A DNA stretch of 64,000 nt from a virus: positions 22,839-86,838 of the IMG/VR virus record IMGVR_UViG_3300049491_000357. One strand, 5' to 3'. Position numbers and translations under genes: made by a program. Of the stretch, positions 62,486-64,000 are shown one piece after another. Each line of letters opens with the position of its first letter. Position 1 is the stretch's first letter. The notes under the pieces were generated by a model. It did no database searches. It was not told where the DNA came from and saw only the letters and a list, made by a program, of their open reading frames with translations.

Positions 62486-62944
62486 CTAAGTAGGGGAGAT
62501 CACAAGAGAACTCCCAACAATAGTTGGATCTGGCTGCTGATCCGTGACACGAACATAGTAGGGGCCGTTAGAGGGCACTACAAACAGGTAGTTGCCCCCC
62601 AGATCCGAAACCGTGCTCTGCACATAGGCATTGGATCCCTGTAGGAACAAGTCTACCTGACAGTTCCCGAGAGGCACCCCCGCATTATCTCGGGTCACCC
62701 CGATGACCTGCCAGAACACTTGAGGTTTGGGGGACCTGAACTGTGGATAGGGGCCATCATTCGTAACCCCCCACCCCTTGAGAGCACCTGTTGCACGAAG
62801 AGCACTATTGCCCACAGGATTTGCGGAGGGCCCCTGTGCACCCCCGTACTGCAAGTTGCCTTGAGGAGCCCCAGGGGCACCAAGTCCACCCCCACCAAAG
62901 TGAGGGGAACGTCCACCAATCCCTGAGGTCCAAAAGGTAGGCAT
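62486..62944 (-). CDS. Structural protein with carboxypeptidase-regulatory-like domain
   Basis: IGVTRDNAGVPLGNCQVDLF...STVSDLGGNYLF. Confidence 0.65.
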   Translation of the reverse strand: MPTFWTSGIGGRSPHFGGGGLGAPGAPQGNLQYGGAQGPSANPVGNSALRATGALKGWGVTNDGPYPQFRSPKPQVFWQVIGVTRDNAGVPLGNCQVDLFLQGSNAYVQSTVSDLGGNYLFVVPSNGPYYVRVTDQQPDPTIVGSSLVISPT

Positions 62945-62974
62945 CAGCTAAGTCCCATCTGAGGAAACTGCCTG

Positions 62975-63535
62975 TAAATTGAGCGATTCCACCATGTATT
63001 GGTGCACAGTGAGCGAGCCCGTGGCCACCGTCTGCGTAAAGAACAGGTCGAGGGTGTTCGCCGCCGTGGAGTCGAAGCCTGTACCGACGGCAGGAGCCGC
63101 GTTCCAAGGTAGGATGGCCGACACGACACCCTTTGGTGCAGTCGCAGGCACACCAAGGATGTCTTCACAGGTCCAAGTGCCCTGCCCAAAAAGCGTAGCC
63201 GCAACACCAGAACCAATCGAACGACAGGTCAGCAGGAGGTCCAACTTCCAACCAACGTTGGTATGGGCTGCCACCGTATCAAGCAGGATTGCCTGAGAGT
63301 CAAAGGCAACAACAGCACCCACACGGACGTCGAATCGGGCAGTTCCAGGGGTCGTGATAACGCTGCTGATACGACCAGAAGCCGTGATGCGAAGCATGCG
63401 GCCTACATAGAAGTAGTTGTTGGGGAGCGTGATCTTCGCTGCCGTTGGGATCGCGGTTGCTGCTGCCGCTGCCGTGAGGGTAGGGCCGTCAGTTGTCGAG
63501 TTGACGAGAGTTTCCTGCCAGGTCTGAAGGGACAT
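62975..63535 (-). CDS. Beta-rich structural protein (ends at TTA)
   Basis: Own GGAG SD and ATG 63535 (MSLQTWQE); ends HQYMVESLN then TTA 62975-62977. Confidence 0.7.
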
Positions 63536-63547
63536 TTGAATTCTCCG

Positions 63548-63955
63548 TAAGGGGATCGAGATCACGAGGGAAGGACAGCTTGCTGTTACACCAGCAGCGA
63601 AAGCCGTGGTACCAACGGTTGCATCACAACCTTGGTCGATGGTGCCTACTGTACCATCATGTACAGGAGTCTCATCAGATTTCAAGAGGCGATACCACCT
63701 AACGTCAACGGTGTTGAGGATGACTGCGGAACTGATTGCATTGGCCGTCTTTGTGCCGCTGATTGCCGCCGCAAAAGCCACAGGACTCAGATTCAACCGA
63801 ACAGCTTTGGTCTGGTCCGTCACCACCACGTCAGGACTCGCGGGCTGACCGGATCCACCACCATAGAAGTCCATGAAGCCTCCACCCAGGACGTCGAGGG
63901 CTGCATCAAGGGCTGCATTCTTAGCAACAGCAGAGTAAGTCGGATTTCGAGCCAT
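63548..63955 (-). CDS. Small structural protein (ends at TTA)
   Basis: MARNPTYS..AKNAALD; ends SLVISIP then TTA 63548-63550; the standard code fuses it to the next gene. Confidence 0.7.
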
Positions 63956-64000
63956 CAGCTTTGCACAGCGGTCACAGTCACATTCAAGGTGTCCCCGGAC
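63955..64000 (-). CDS. 3' end of a fibre/collar-like protein (5' partial)
   Basis: ...SGDTLNVTVTAVQS*; TGATG overlap; resembles the C-terminus of 8564-9094 (NDTLSVTYT). Confidence 0.55.
   Translation of the reverse strand, partial: SGDTLNVTVTAVQS

Larger units (their letters stand above)
1..64000 (-). mobile_element. Large myovirus-like phage genome segment: neck, tail, baseplate and fibre module
   Basis: Co-oriented, tightly packed genes with sheath, tube, tape-measure, hub, spike, gp25-like and baseplate-J-like signatures in typical order; no cellular housekeeping genes. Confidence 0.92.

Noticed and set aside
1033-63550. TTA ends explained as a single-T insertion error before TAG
   Set aside because: Only five of nine sites are TTAG; the others are TTAC (three) and TTAT. 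Long ORFs show no indel damage, and errors would not explain the lack of internal TTA. A read check is still advisable.
1-64000. TTA absence due only to GC bias
   Set aside because: GC is moderate and other A-ending codons (CTA, GTA, ACA, AAA) are common. Bias alone would not concentrate TTA at gene ends.
1-64000. Stop-to-sense recoding (TAG or TGA readthrough)
   Set aside because: Genes are intact under standard stops, and TGA, TAA and TAG all terminate genes at tight junctions.
1-64000. Extracellular contractile injection system or tailocin rather than phage
   Set aside because: Neck/head-tail adaptor-like genes, a helicase and many small phage-type ORFs favour a phage, although capsid and terminase are not in this window.
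1-64000. CRISPR array, tRNA, rRNA, intron/intein or diversity-generating retroelement
   Set aside because: No regularly spaced repeats, cloverleafs, reverse transcriptase or homing-endonuclease motifs seen; intergenic gaps are all under ~150 nt.

Overview
This window is the virion morphogenesis region of a large contractile-tailed (myovirus-like, probably jumbo) phage at roughly mid-50s % GC. About 50 tightly packed genes lie almost entirely on the minus strand. In order of transcription they encode putative fibre/decoration proteins, neck and head-closure proteins, a Dps-like protein, an actin-like ATPase, a tail terminator, a 1411-aa sheath, a UvrD helicase, the tail tube, chaperones, tape measure, tube initiators, hub, spike, baseplate wedge proteins and large fibre proteins. 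No capsid, portal, terminase, tRNA or CRISPR was recognised. Product calls rest on motifs and gene order, not database searches. The main observation is that TTA (normally Leu) behaves as a fourth stop codon. In a manual frame check of about 22 genes (~16,000 codons) I found no internal in-frame TTA. Yet nine genes have an in-frame TTA where the protein appears to end, usually just before the next start. One case is a TTATG stop/start overlap and another splits an apparent two-gene fusion. CDS coordinates below use TTA as stop where noted.
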